In this document: positions 1-7,872 of the stretch, one piece after another
Position numbering within the stretch: the stretch's first letter is position 1
Layout of the letters: each line of letters opens with the position of its first letter
Origin: a virus
Lineage: Duplodnaviria; Caudoviricetes
DNA: 49,646 nt
Direction: 5' to 3' (one strand)
Virus record (IMG/VR): IMGVR_UViG_3300008050_000064
Span: 1 to 49,646 of that record
The notes under the pieces: generated by a model
What the model saw: the letters and a program-made list of their open reading frames with translations, nothing else
Database searches by the model: none
Told to the model about the DNA's origin: nothing
Translations under genes and position numbers: made by a program

Positions 1-20
1 ACCCTTTATGAAAAGAATAA

Positions 21-41
21 CCGAAAGGATAAATGAAAATG
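21..41 (+). repeat. 21-nt RBS/start element CCGAAAGGATAAATGAAAATG (copy 1)
   Basis: Identical to 37876-37896; first 18 nt also at 37521-37538. Confidence 0.9.
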
Positions 42-245
42 AATAACGAAAATCTATATGACAAACTGCCTGTGGTCGGGCAAATACTAATGTGCGTAGC
101 GATGGTGTTGACAGTTCCAATTTGGTTTCCGTTTTGGATTTTACAAGAACTAAAACAAGATAAAATCGAACGAGAAATCGAGCGCAAACTAGAAGACGAA
201 AAAGCTATTGAGAAAATTTTTGAAAACATAAGGAAAGAAATATAA
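33..245 (+). CDS. hypothetical protein with one transmembrane segment
   Basis: ORF with GAAAGGA SD; hydrophobic stretch VVGQILMCVAMVLTVPIWFPFWIL followed by a charged tail. Confidence 0.6.
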   Translation: MKMNNENLYDKLPVVGQILMCVAMVLTVPIWFPFWILQELKQDKIEREIERKLEDEKAIEKIFENIRKEI

Positions 246-412
246 TGAACAAGGCACTTAAAAAACAACGAAGGCAACACAAGGGTGGCATTGGAAATAT
301 GCACAGCTTGGGTGGCGACATGGTTATATACGAAGATGGCAAAGACGAACAACGCAAGTCAACCAAGATTAGCAAACACAAACAAGGTTTTAAGAAAAGG
401 AAATTAAAATGA
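245..412 (+). CDS. small basic hypothetical protein (55 aa)
   Basis: Translated by hand (MNKALKKQRRQHKGG...); TAATG and ATGA overlaps with both neighbours suggest translational coupling. Confidence 0.5.
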   Translation: MNKALKKQRRQHKGGIGNMHSLGGDMVIYEDGKDEQRKSTKISKHKQGFKKRKLK

Positions 413-1200
413 ACTACTTTGATAACCCCGCTATTAGCGCAACACTACTAAAAACTATTGCCAAACAATCTCCTGCACACGCAGTTGAGCGCATGAGGTC
501 ATTTCAATCGACAGCGAATATGAACTTGGGTACAGCCGTACACACTATGATTCTTGAGCCAAATAGATTGGACGAGGAAATTGCCATTGCGCCAGATTGC
601 GACAAACGAACTAAAGCAGGAAAAGAAACCTTTGCAAAGTTCAAAGAAACAATTGAACACAGAACAGTTATCACGCAAGAGCAATATAGAACAGCGATGG
701 ATATGGCTTTAAGCTTCTCACAAAATCCTGAAGCCGTCAGCCTGTTAAATGAATTGGACGAACGTGAACAAGAGTTGTACTGGGTCTATGGGCAGAAAAA
801 TTTAGACTGCAAAGCGAAGATAGATATGATGTCTACGAAACACATGGCACTGTGCGATATAAAGACAACAGTTGATGCTTCGCCCGAAGGTTTCATGAAG
901 CAGTCGGCAAATCTAAATTATCACATGCAACTTGCTTGGTACTCTCACGCACTCGGCTTAGAGCCAGAACACGCAAATGCCTACATCATTGCTATCGAAA
1001 ATACTGCGCCATTCTCAACGGCTGTTTACAAACTTACACCAAGAGCATTGCGAGTAGGTTGGGAGATGTGCAAAAAAGCTGTTAAAGATTATGAGTCGTA
1101 CAAACTCAAAATAGCTTTGAACGAAAATGTAAACATGTACTCGCCTGAAGTGCTTGACTTAGACCTTCCTGCGTGGGCTATAAAGGAAAAAGGAAAATAA
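409..1200 (+). CDS. RecE/exonuclease VIII-like PD-(D/E)XK nuclease (DUF3799-like)
   Basis: ISATLLK, GTAVH, DKRTKAGK, CKAKID, DIKTT, YHMQLAWY and C-terminal LPAWA motifs. Confidence 0.85.
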   Translation: MNYFDNPAISATLLKTIAKQSPAHAVERMRSFQSTANMNLGTAVHTMILEPNRLDEEIAIAPDCDKRTKAGKETFAKFKETIEHRTVITQEQYRTAMDMALSFSQNPEAVSLLNELDEREQELYWVYGQKNLDCKAKIDMMSTKHMALCDIKTTVDASPEGFMKQSANLNYHMQLAWYSHALGLEPEHANAYIIAIENTAPFSTAVYKLTPRALRVGWEMCKKAVKDYESYKLKIALNENVNMYSPEVLDLDLPAWAIKEKGK

Positions 1201-1201
1201 T

Positions 1202-1450
1202 ATGCAAAAAGAATATATAGTTTCACATGCAAAATATGGAAAATTGACTATTTGTGCAATTCATAAGTTTGAGGCGTTAAATAATGCGTGGCGCAGACTT
1301 GTTGGACACCATCAGCCACCAGTAGTTTGCGGTATAAACAATTTACACTCGCACTGGAATGCTTGTAAAACATTAAATGATTACGAAGAATTTAATAATA
1401 ATTTGTTGAATAGTGGATGGAGTGTAAAAGAACAACATGCCACTACTTAA
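1202..1450 (+). CDS. hypothetical protein
   Basis: ORF tightly packed in the operon with upstream AAGGA. Confidence 0.55.
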   Translation: MQKEYIVSHAKYGKLTICAIHKFEALNNAWRRLVGHHQPPVVCGINNLHSHWNACKTLNDYEEFNNNLLNSGWSVKEQHATT

Positions 1451-1670
1451 ACGAATACACATCAATCAGCATGTGATTAAAAGAAACAACAAAACTGGAG
1501 AGCGAGAGCCAGTAATTACTTGCAAGACATATAAAGAAAACAATTACTGTCACGAGGTAATCATAAACAAACACACAAAGGTTATTTACAGTCCAGACAA
1601 ACCCCTGTCTTGCGGGGCTACAGTCTGGATTGAAACAACTGAAGAAGTGGAGTGTGTAGGCAATGGATAA
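1437..1670 (+). CDS. conserved phage hypothetical protein
   Basis: IHINQHVIK...YSPDKPLSCGATVWIET resembles a small protein common in aquatic phages. Confidence 0.6.
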   Translation: MPLLKRIHINQHVIKRNNKTGEREPVITCKTYKENNYCHEVIINKHTKVIYSPDKPLSCGATVWIETTEEVECVGNG

Positions 1671-2178
1671 TTTAATAAAAACAATGGCGGGTATTGTAGA
1701 TACAGCCAACTCACGCATAGGAGGCGATATGAGTTTTGAAACGGATTTGGAGTTCGGCAAGGATGCCGAAAAAACAATACTTGATAGAGTGCGAAAAAAA
1801 TACCCTTTGGCTTTTATGATTGAGGGCAAGCACAAAGCGTATGATATTTTTGTCCCAGAAAAAAACATGGGAATAGAAATTAAATGCGATAGGCAAGCCG
1901 AGCAGACTGGCAATGCGTTCATAGAAATTGAATGCAATAAAACCTACTCAGGAATAATTACAACGACAGCCGAGTGGCTCGTGTATAAAACAAGTAATAG
2001 AACATTTTGGATAAAAACAAAAGAATTAAGGGATTACCTTATAGCTGAAGCAAAGGAATTGCCGATGTTTAATAGTACCCCACGAGGTGAAACATCATCA
2101 GTAAGGGGTTATCTAGTTCCTGTACAAGACTTTAAGCTGTTATCCTTTAGTGTGGAGAATACAGAATGCCTCACATAG
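1663..2178 (+). CDS. PD-(D/E)XK restriction-endonuclease-fold protein
   Basis: G..AE, YDIF, IEIKCD, TGNAFIE motifs. Confidence 0.65.
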   Translation: MDNLIKTMAGIVDTANSRIGGDMSFETDLEFGKDAEKTILDRVRKKYPLAFMIEGKHKAYDIFVPEKNMGIEIKCDRQAEQTGNAFIEIECNKTYSGIITTTAEWLVYKTSNRTFWIKTKELRDYLIAEAKELPMFNSTPRGETSSVRGYLVPVQDFKLLSFSVENTECLT

Positions 2179-2348
2179 ACGAAAACATAAATGGTAAGTA
2201 TTGCGAAATTTGTAAAAAGAATATCGCTATGCGTATGAAACTTTTTGATACAACTTACATATGCGAAAGTTGTGTAAGCAAAATAAGTACCTCATTGACT
2301 CCGTTAGATGTTATACAAGAAGAAAGAAAAAAAAGTAAATGCGACTAA
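2166..2348 (+). CDS. small zinc-finger protein
   Basis: CEIC...CESC. Confidence 0.5.
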   Translation: MPHIDENINGKYCEICKKNIAMRMKLFDTTYICESCVSKISTSLTPLDVIQEERKKSKCD

Positions 2349-2683
2349 ATATCAAGCGCAAGCAAAAATACAACGCCAAGCCAACAGAGTACAAGGGAAG
2401 AAAGTACGACTCTAAGGCAGAGGCGTTGTTTGCATTTCACTTGGATGAGTTGATAGATAGCGGTGAAGTATATCTGTGGATACGACAAACACCGTTTGAC
2501 CTAGGAGAAGACACCCGATACCGAGCAGATTTCTTTGTAATAGAAACGAATGGTGACTTTTACGCAGTTGATGTAAAAGGGATGGAAACGCCATCATTTA
2601 AAAAGATAAAGAAGCTCTGGAAGAAATATGGCGAAATGCCACTTCATATTGTCAAAAAAAACAAGGTAACAGAAGTCTTATGA
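2339..2683 (+). CDS. DUF1064-like endonuclease (possible resolvase)
   Basis: KYNAK, YDSKAEA, YRADF, DVKG motifs. Confidence 0.8.
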   Translation: MRLNIKRKQKYNAKPTEYKGRKYDSKAEALFAFHLDELIDSGEVYLWIRQTPFDLGEDTRYRADFFVIETNGDFYAVDVKGMETPSFKKIKKLWKKYGEMPLHIVKKNKVTEVL

Positions 2684-3072
2684 CCAAATCACTTATAGCA
2701 ACGGAAGCAAATTTTAAACGCCTTGAAAAAATCACTAAAGACACATGGGTGGGCAGAGATGAAATAGCAGAGAGGATGTTTCTGACACCGCAACAGGTAA
2801 CAACCGTTATTTCTAAAGCTAGATTAAATGGCTTGCCAATAATTACAAGAACACACATGAATAAAAGTCGTGGGTTCAAACAATATAAAGTTGCGAACGA
2901 AAAAGAAGAAAAGGTGTTGTTCCATATAGAAGAAAAAACAGCCACAAGGAACATTTTGATTTTAACCGCAGTTCTAAACAGCATTTTGGATATGCAAGAT
3001 ATTACGGAAGTACACGACATGGCGATGAATGGACTAACGTGTACTGGGCTTGGGCGGGAATCTGGCGAATGA
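2680..3072 (+). CDS. putative winged-HTH DNA-binding protein
   Basis: RDEIAERMFLTPQQVTTVISKARLNG HTH pattern; resembles 45482-45886. Confidence 0.55.
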   Translation: MTKSLIATEANFKRLEKITKDTWVGRDEIAERMFLTPQQVTTVISKARLNGLPIITRTHMNKSRGFKQYKVANEKEEKVLFHIEEKTATRNILILTAVLNSILDMQDITEVHDMAMNGLTCTGLGRESGE

Positions 3073-3170
3073 CCACAACAGACCAAAAGCGTAAATATAA
3101 TGAAAAAAAGGAAAACAATCCGTTTGTTCGATGTTAAAGTTACCAACTGTAAGGAGGGTTAAGGTGAATC

Positions 3171-3434
3171 ATGTTAAAAACATCATTAGAAGCTGTTACT
3201 CTTTCTGTACTTGGTTTTTCATCAAGTGGAACAAGCGCAATTGGTCTAGCATCAATGGCTGTGGAAGAAAACAATACTTTGACCGAACACACATGGATTC
3301 CCCTTGGCTTATTTCTCGCAGGTATAGCCATGACCGCAACAGTTGTATGGAAAGTGGCATCTCACAAAACAAATACGGATGCAAAGCTATTAGATTTACA
3401 GAAGCGAATAAAACGGCTAGAAAAAGAGAAATAA
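3171..3434 (+). CDS. small membrane protein (holin-like candidate)
   Basis: TM segment WIPLGLFLAGIAMTATVVW plus basic coiled-coil C-terminus; position before terminase. Confidence 0.5.
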   Translation: MLKTSLEAVTLSVLGFSSSGTSAIGLASMAVEENNTLTEHTWIPLGLFLAGIAMTATVVWKVASHKTNTDAKLLDLQKRIKRLEKEK

Positions 3435-3509
3435 GTACGCACTTTTTCCTTTCAGCAGTCCTTGTTGCATACATTGTGGCAGGGATTGTTTTGTTATTAG
3501 GAGGTATAA

Positions 3510-4067
3510 ATGTATAACTATTTATTCTGGAACAGATTGAAAGTGATAATTGGAGTTTCGGCTTTAAACTTCGCAGTTGCTTGCTCGTCACCAAAAACCT
3601 TAATTGACGATGGGGCAATCTACATAAACGAAAGAGCTGATACAACCAAAGAGATTGCTAGAGATATTTTATCTACTACCGCAGAGCCAGACACAGCAGA
3701 AAAAGCACAAGAAATAGTAGTTGTTCAGGATGACATTATCGAAACAACCAGTGAAATTAGAACTAATTTGCATGGTGTACAAGACACAACACCTTGGTGG
3801 GCTAGGATGATTTCACAGTTTTCTATCGCTTTAATCACGATAGGCGTAATTGTACTATTGTGGCAAACTGGAGTAGGAATGTTTATTAAGAAGTTATTTT
3901 GGATGATGGGCTTGTTTATTCCACAAAGAGCGATGCGGTCAGCAGAAGTTGATAGCAAGGCTCTTGACGAAACAAATCCATTGTCATATCGTGAGTCAGT
4001 AGCGGTTCGCAGGTCGAGTGACCCTGCATACGAATACGCATTGAAGAAAGTAAGAAACAGGAGTTAA
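3510..4067 (+). CDS. putative lipoprotein with internal TM helix (spanin-like candidate)
   Basis: GGAGGT SD; signal-like N-terminus ending FAVAC-SS; helical acidic region; TM ISQFSIALITIGVIVLLW. Confidence 0.5.
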   Translation: MYNYLFWNRLKVIIGVSALNFAVACSSPKTLIDDGAIYINERADTTKEIARDILSTTAEPDTAEKAQEIVVVQDDIIETTSEIRTNLHGVQDTTPWWARMISQFSIALITIGVIVLLWQTGVGMFIKKLFWMMGLFIPQRAMRSAEVDSKALDETNPLSYRESVAVRRSSDPAYEYALKKVRNRS

Positions 4068-4070
4068 TAT

Positions 4071-4193
4071 ATGTTATTAGCAACAATTAGCGAGTTACTT
4101 GGAACTACGTGGTGGTGTATACTTTGCTTTATTGGTGGCGCACTTATTGGCGCACCACTATGGAAGATGATGCGAGAGAAAATGGGGTTTTGA
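4071..4193 (+). CDS. 40-aa membrane peptide
   Basis: Hand translation MLLATISELLGTTWWCILCFIGGALIGAPLWKMMREKMGF; AGGAG SD; paralog at 48794-48916. Confidence 0.7.
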   Translation: MLLATISELLGTTWWCILCFIGGALIGAPLWKMMREKMGF

Positions 4194-4219
4194 TTTAGGT
4201 TCAGGGAGGTTTTGAGGAA

Positions 4220-4486
4220 TTGCGGTTGGCGAAGCGAGTGAATCATCAAGGAGTTATGTTCCCGACTCCCAATAGGTTGCTTCTTGAAGGTATGGCTCTT
4301 GCGGGTTACATCGCCTTCGCTAACAGCATTTCTCTGGAGCTTGAGGGAACAATAAAAGAATGGGACGAAACCTCGGACTTTGTTCGTGATGCTTGGATTG
4401 ACTCAGCGAGGGCAATGTTTGTAATGCTTGCAGTAGCTTCTGGCGCAACAGTCACCGAAATTCCCGAAATTCCTAAAGACAAATAA
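4220..4486 (+). CDS. hypothetical protein, paralog of 48922-49209
   Basis: V.H.G...P.P...LLE..A and WD....V...W...AR shared with the paralog. Confidence 0.7.
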   Translation: MRLAKRVNHQGVMFPTPNRLLLEGMALAGYIAFANSISLELEGTIKEWDETSDFVRDAWIDSARAMFVMLAVASGATVTEIPEIPKDK

Positions 4487-4592
4487 AAAAAACGTGGTAT
4501 CCTACCGTTTTACAATAACGGTGGAATAACGGTGAAAGGATAAATTCATGGTCGGAGGTCGGCATGAAAACAAATTTCATAGGGACATACGG

Positions 4593-4967
4593 ATGCCAAA
4601 AAAACCAAGCGATAGAAGTGAAAACGGAAAGTTTGCCAAGGGCAACTCATTTGCCATACAAAAGGGTGAGGTGAGGAATCCCAAGGGTAGACCAAAAGGC
4701 GTGTCAATACACCAGAAGTTGCGTGACCTGCTTGAGGGCGAGGACGGTGAAGCTCTGGTGAGTGCAATCGCACAGGCAGGTATAGACCACGCTTGTGGCG
4801 GTAATCCAAAGTTTTGGGAAATGGTCGTAGCGATTATTGATGGCAAGATTCCCGACAAGATTGAACAATCGAATAGAACCACTATCGAGTTTGACGATGA
4901 GGCAAAAGAGCGCATTAGAAAAATAATCGAGGCATCCGATTATGTGAGCGATGACAAAGATAATTAG
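4593..4967 (+). CDS. terS: terminase small subunit (ORF open from 4548)
   Basis: GKFAKGN...KGEVRNPKGRPKG motif typical of TerS/DUF5681-like N-termini; directly upstream of TerL. Confidence 0.7.
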   Translation: MPKKPSDRSENGKFAKGNSFAIQKGEVRNPKGRPKGVSIHQKLRDLLEGEDGEALVSAIAQAGIDHACGGNPKFWEMVVAIIDGKIPDKIEQSNRTTIEFDDEAKERIRKIIEASDYVSDDKDN

Positions 4968-6399
4968 TAGCGAACTGGTCGAGGCGTGTAGGCACTCGCC
5001 AAATGTATTTGCTAACTGTGTTATGGGATTTGCTCAAGGCGAGATACACAGAAAGATGCAAAAGCATTTAACAATGTACGACAATTGCTATATTGAGTAT
5101 CCTAGGGGTCATGGCAAAACAGCGCAAATGACGATGCGGGTAGCATGGGAAATTGGTAACGACCCAACTGTGCGAATCAAATACATACAGCAAGCTGAAA
5201 CAGAAGCCAAGAAAACAACAGGGCTTATCAAGTCAATCATCGAAAGCGAATTGTATAAAGTTGTTTTTCCTGAGATAGAACCCGACATGGATACGTGGAG
5301 GAAAGCCGACTTTAAAGTGAAGACCGAAAAGTGGCAAAGAGATGCAACGGTAGAAGCAAAACCTATATTCGGTCGTGCAGGTGGTCGTGCAGATATTCTC
5401 ATTGCAGACGATATTTGCGACTTGAGAAACGCCATTCAACAATCAGCGTTGCGTGAACAAGTCAAAGAGTTTTGGAATACAAATTGGTTGCCTATGCGTG
5501 ACTTTACAAAAGACCGACCCGCAAGAACATGGAAGGTAGGAACTTGTTATCACGCAGACGACATAACGGCTGATTGGAGAAATATGCACAGAGATACAAC
5601 TGGTTTACTGCGGTTGCCAGTTGTAGACTTTGAATCACCCTGGCACGAAGCAATCACAAGAGATGAACTAATCGGGATTAAAAAAGAGATTGGCACATTT
5701 GCTTTTGCTAGGTCTTACGAGTTAGAACCTGTATCAAGTGACTTAATCATATTCGATGGCGAGTGGATTAAAAGTTCAATGTACACAGAGATACCAGAGT
5801 GGGAAAGTCAAAACGGAATAATGATTGCATCAATGGACTTTGCTTTCACAGAGAAGAAACTAGATGGCGACCCTGATTGGTCTGTGTGTATCATTGCTTG
5901 GAAAGACCGACACAATGGAATATGGCTCAAAGACATAATTAGACAGCGTTCAACATTTCCTGAGTTCAGCAGAAATGTCATCGAGGCATTAAGGCGCACA
6001 GGAGTTTCTCAAGCTGTTGCAGAGGCGAATGGACCACAACGAGGTTTGGTACAGCAAATGCAACAAGATTGTCCACACACGCCAATACGCCCACTAAATC
6101 GTGACAAGGATAAAATCACAAGAGCTTCAGAAAGACAGGGTTTTGTCGAGGCGGGGATGTTGCATTTTCCAATGGCTAATGGATTTGTGCGGGATGACTT
6201 TCGTGTTGTCTATGATGAGATGACAACATTCCCTGTTGGCGGTCACGATGATACGGTCGATGCAATCATTGACTTAATCGAAATAACAGTAAACATGGGC
6301 GAACCATTGAAGACACAAAGAATTGATAACCGTAAAAAGAATGTTGGAAGTTTGTACGGCATCACAAACAAGAAATGGGAAAAACACGAAAGACCGTAA
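4951..6399 (+). CDS. terL: terminase large subunit
   Basis: Walker A PRGHGKT, Walker B ILIADD, nuclease DFA...D.D.S and FPVGGHDDTVDA. Confidence 0.93.
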   Translation: MTKIISSELVEACRHSPNVFANCVMGFAQGEIHRKMQKHLTMYDNCYIEYPRGHGKTAQMTMRVAWEIGNDPTVRIKYIQQAETEAKKTTGLIKSIIESELYKVVFPEIEPDMDTWRKADFKVKTEKWQRDATVEAKPIFGRAGGRADILIADDICDLRNAIQQSALREQVKEFWNTNWLPMRDFTKDRPARTWKVGTCYHADDITADWRNMHRDTTGLLRLPVVDFESPWHEAITRDELIGIKKEIGTFAFARSYELEPVSSDLIIFDGEWIKSSMYTEIPEWESQNGIMIASMDFAFTEKKLDGDPDWSVCIIAWKDRHNGIWLKDIIRQRSTFPEFSRNVIEALRRTGVSQAVAEANGPQRGLVQQMQQDCPHTPIRPLNRDKDKITRASERQGFVEAGMLHFPMANGFVRDDFRVVYDEMTTFPVGGHDDTVDAIIDLIEITVNMGEPLKTQRIDNRKKNVGSLYGITNKKWEKHERP

Positions 6400-6412
6400 A
6401 AACTTTTTTTTC

Positions 6413-6441
6413 TTGCAACGAATCTTTGTTCTGAATATATA
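6413..6441 (+). promoter_or_regulatory. putative sigma70 promoter P1
   Basis: TTGCAA-17 nt-TATATA with upstream A/T tract. Confidence 0.45.
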
Positions 6442-6590
6442 AACAAAGAAAGTCGTAACCAATCTTAAACAAAAACAATCAAAAACCACACGAAAAAGAT
6501 TTTTGAAAAAAGTTTTTGGTGGGTTTGCGTTTCATAAATAAAACTTTTCTATTCGTTTTGTTGAGTTGGCACGAAAACGCAAATAAAATT

Positions 6591-6619
6591 TTGAACGCAA
6601 AAACGAATTATGGTAAAAT
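6591..6619 (+). promoter_or_regulatory. putative sigma70 promoter P2 with extended -10
   Basis: TTGAAC-17 nt-TAAAAT preceded by TGG; AT-rich UP-like region. Confidence 0.65.
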
Positions 6620-6624
6620 ACACA

Positions 6625-6666
6625 TATCGAAAGGAAAAACACTTTTGATAAATTGCTCTTTGACAA
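6625..6666 (+). promoter_or_regulatory. boxB-like hairpin followed by boxA-like antitermination site 1
   Basis: TATCGAAAG/CTTTTGATA stem (6625-6650), then TGCTCTTTGACAA (6654-6666), compared with E. coli rrn boxA TGCTCTTTAACA. Confidence 0.6.
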
Positions 6667-7006
6667 GTGAAGATGTGTTGTTCAAGAAAGGAAACTTTTA
6701 TGAGTACAGATAAACACATAACGATTTATCAATTAGAAAAAATCCTTGCAAAGGATAAAAGATTTGAAGATGCCCCTGAAAATGTTGGGGGGATGGATAA
6801 TGAAACGACTCGATACTTCATACACTCCCACAGCGGTTGGGTTCGTGACGAAGGATGCCACAGTGAATATGTAGAGTTCTACGATGACAATGGCAAATCG
6901 GTTGAAACACTTTCTAAGATTACGGAACTTCTCGATGCCTTTTATTGGTGGGCAGAAGACCCAGAACTGACAGACTAAAACTAAACCCGAACAGCACATC
7001 TTCACT
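6666..7006. repeat. 18-bp inverted repeat enclosing ORF 6700-6978
   Basis: AGTGAAGATGTGTTGTTC (6666-6683) pairs with GAACAGCACATCTTCACT (6989-7006); only deviation is a G.U. Confidence 0.92.
6700..6978 (+). CDS. acidic hypothetical protein
   Basis: ATG at 6700 after AAGAAAGGAA SD. Confidence 0.7.
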   Translation: MSTDKHITIYQLEKILAKDKRFEDAPENVGGMDNETTRYFIHSHSGWVRDEGCHSEYVEFYDDNGKSVETLSKITELLDAFYWWAEDPELTD

Positions 7007-7019
7007 GGCAACGGTCAGT

Positions 7020-7032
7020 CGCTCTTTGACAA
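7020..7032 (+). promoter_or_regulatory. boxA-like site 2
   Basis: CGCTCTTTGACAA; 14-nt GCTCTTTGACAAGT identical to 6655-6668. Confidence 0.6.
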
Positions 7033-7342
7033 GTAAATACCGCACTGCTCAAGAAAGGAATACTTATGAATAAGAAATATGAGTTTTTAGCAGACACCGT
7101 AAGCGATGCGTTTGCGTGGTTGAAAGTGTGGTCGGAGAACGATGTCCCAGAATTACTGGGGTGGAACACTTCACCAAAAACATTCAGGTCTGATGTGGCG
7201 AACTGCGACATCAAAAAGTGGATAGCAACAGAGAAACATTTACGAGTCAGCGACTCTGGGATTTGTCAAGACATAATCTCAGACCTAGACTCTCGATACG
7301 AATAAGATAAATAGAAATTAGACCGAGCAGTGTGGTATTTAC
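7033..7342. repeat. 18-bp inverted repeat enclosing ORF 7066-7305
   Basis: GTAAATACCGCACTGCTC (7033-7050) pairs with GAGCAGTGTGGTATTTAC (7325-7342); one G.U; extends to 25 bp with 2 mismatches. Confidence 0.92.
7066..7305 (+). CDS. hypothetical protein
   Basis: ATG after AAGAAAGGAA SD. Confidence 0.7.
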   Translation: MNKKYEFLADTVSDAFAWLKVWSENDVPELLGWNTSPKTFRSDVANCDIKKWIATEKHLRVSDSGICQDIISDLDSRYE

Positions 7343-7368
7343 ATGCCAAACAACAAAAGGAGAACAGC

Positions 7369-7539
7369 ATGAAGTTATGGACAATCTACAACACGACCAT
7401 CAAGGACTACTTGGTGGACAACAAAGGCAAGGTAGCCACCTACACGATGCGGAGGCAAGCGAAGCAGGAAGCTGATGACTTCAACTCAATGCGTAAGGAC
7501 AAGCCGTATGAAGTACGAGAATACAAAAGGAGAAAATGA
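7369..7539 (+). CDS. small basic hypothetical protein
   Basis: ATG at 7369 after AAGGAG. Confidence 0.6.
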   Translation: MKLWTIYNTTIKDYLVDNKGKVATYTMRRQAKQEADDFNSMRKDKPYEVREYKRRK

Positions 7540-7790
7540 AAATGGAAAAACAAATACCAACAACAGTAAGCGTGAAATTAACCGAGGCACAGATTGATTG
7601 GATTATCAACGAGTGTGAGCATTGGCATCATGGCACTGACATTGAAGAAAATGACACTAGGCATATTGACCTTGCCAAAAAGTTGCAAGGCAGATTAGAA
7701 GCTAGAGGTCTGGAGCAAACACATCCATTTGGAAGAAAGCCAACAGAAAGAGAGATTGCAGATGCCCAGTTTTTAAAACTGTTTGGCTAA
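7536..7790 (+). CDS. hypothetical protein
   Basis: AAGGAG SD, ATGA overlap. Confidence 0.6.
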   Translation: MKMEKQIPTTVSVKLTEAQIDWIINECEHWHHGTDIEENDTRHIDLAKKLQGRLEARGLEQTHPFGRKPTEREIADAQFLKLFG

Positions 7791-7872
7791 TCACAAATAG
7801 CCACTACAAACCAAATCGGTAAATCGGTCTAATTGATTGATGTATCGGTTTTTTTTCGGTTACTATACGGAC

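Noticed and set aside
3131-3517. 128-aa ORF overlapping 3171-3434
   Set aside because: The alternative frame has a better SD and TM/coiled-coil pattern; only the hydrophobic last ~25 codons might be a real micro-ORF, which I cannot support.
6516-6713. 65-aa ORF from the ORF track
   Set aside because: TTG start without SD, running through the promoter/boxA region and overlapping a better-supported gene.
6659-7031. TTGACA hexamers read as -35 boxes
   Set aside because: No -10 element 16-18 nt downstream; the context GCTCTTTGACAA fits boxA better.
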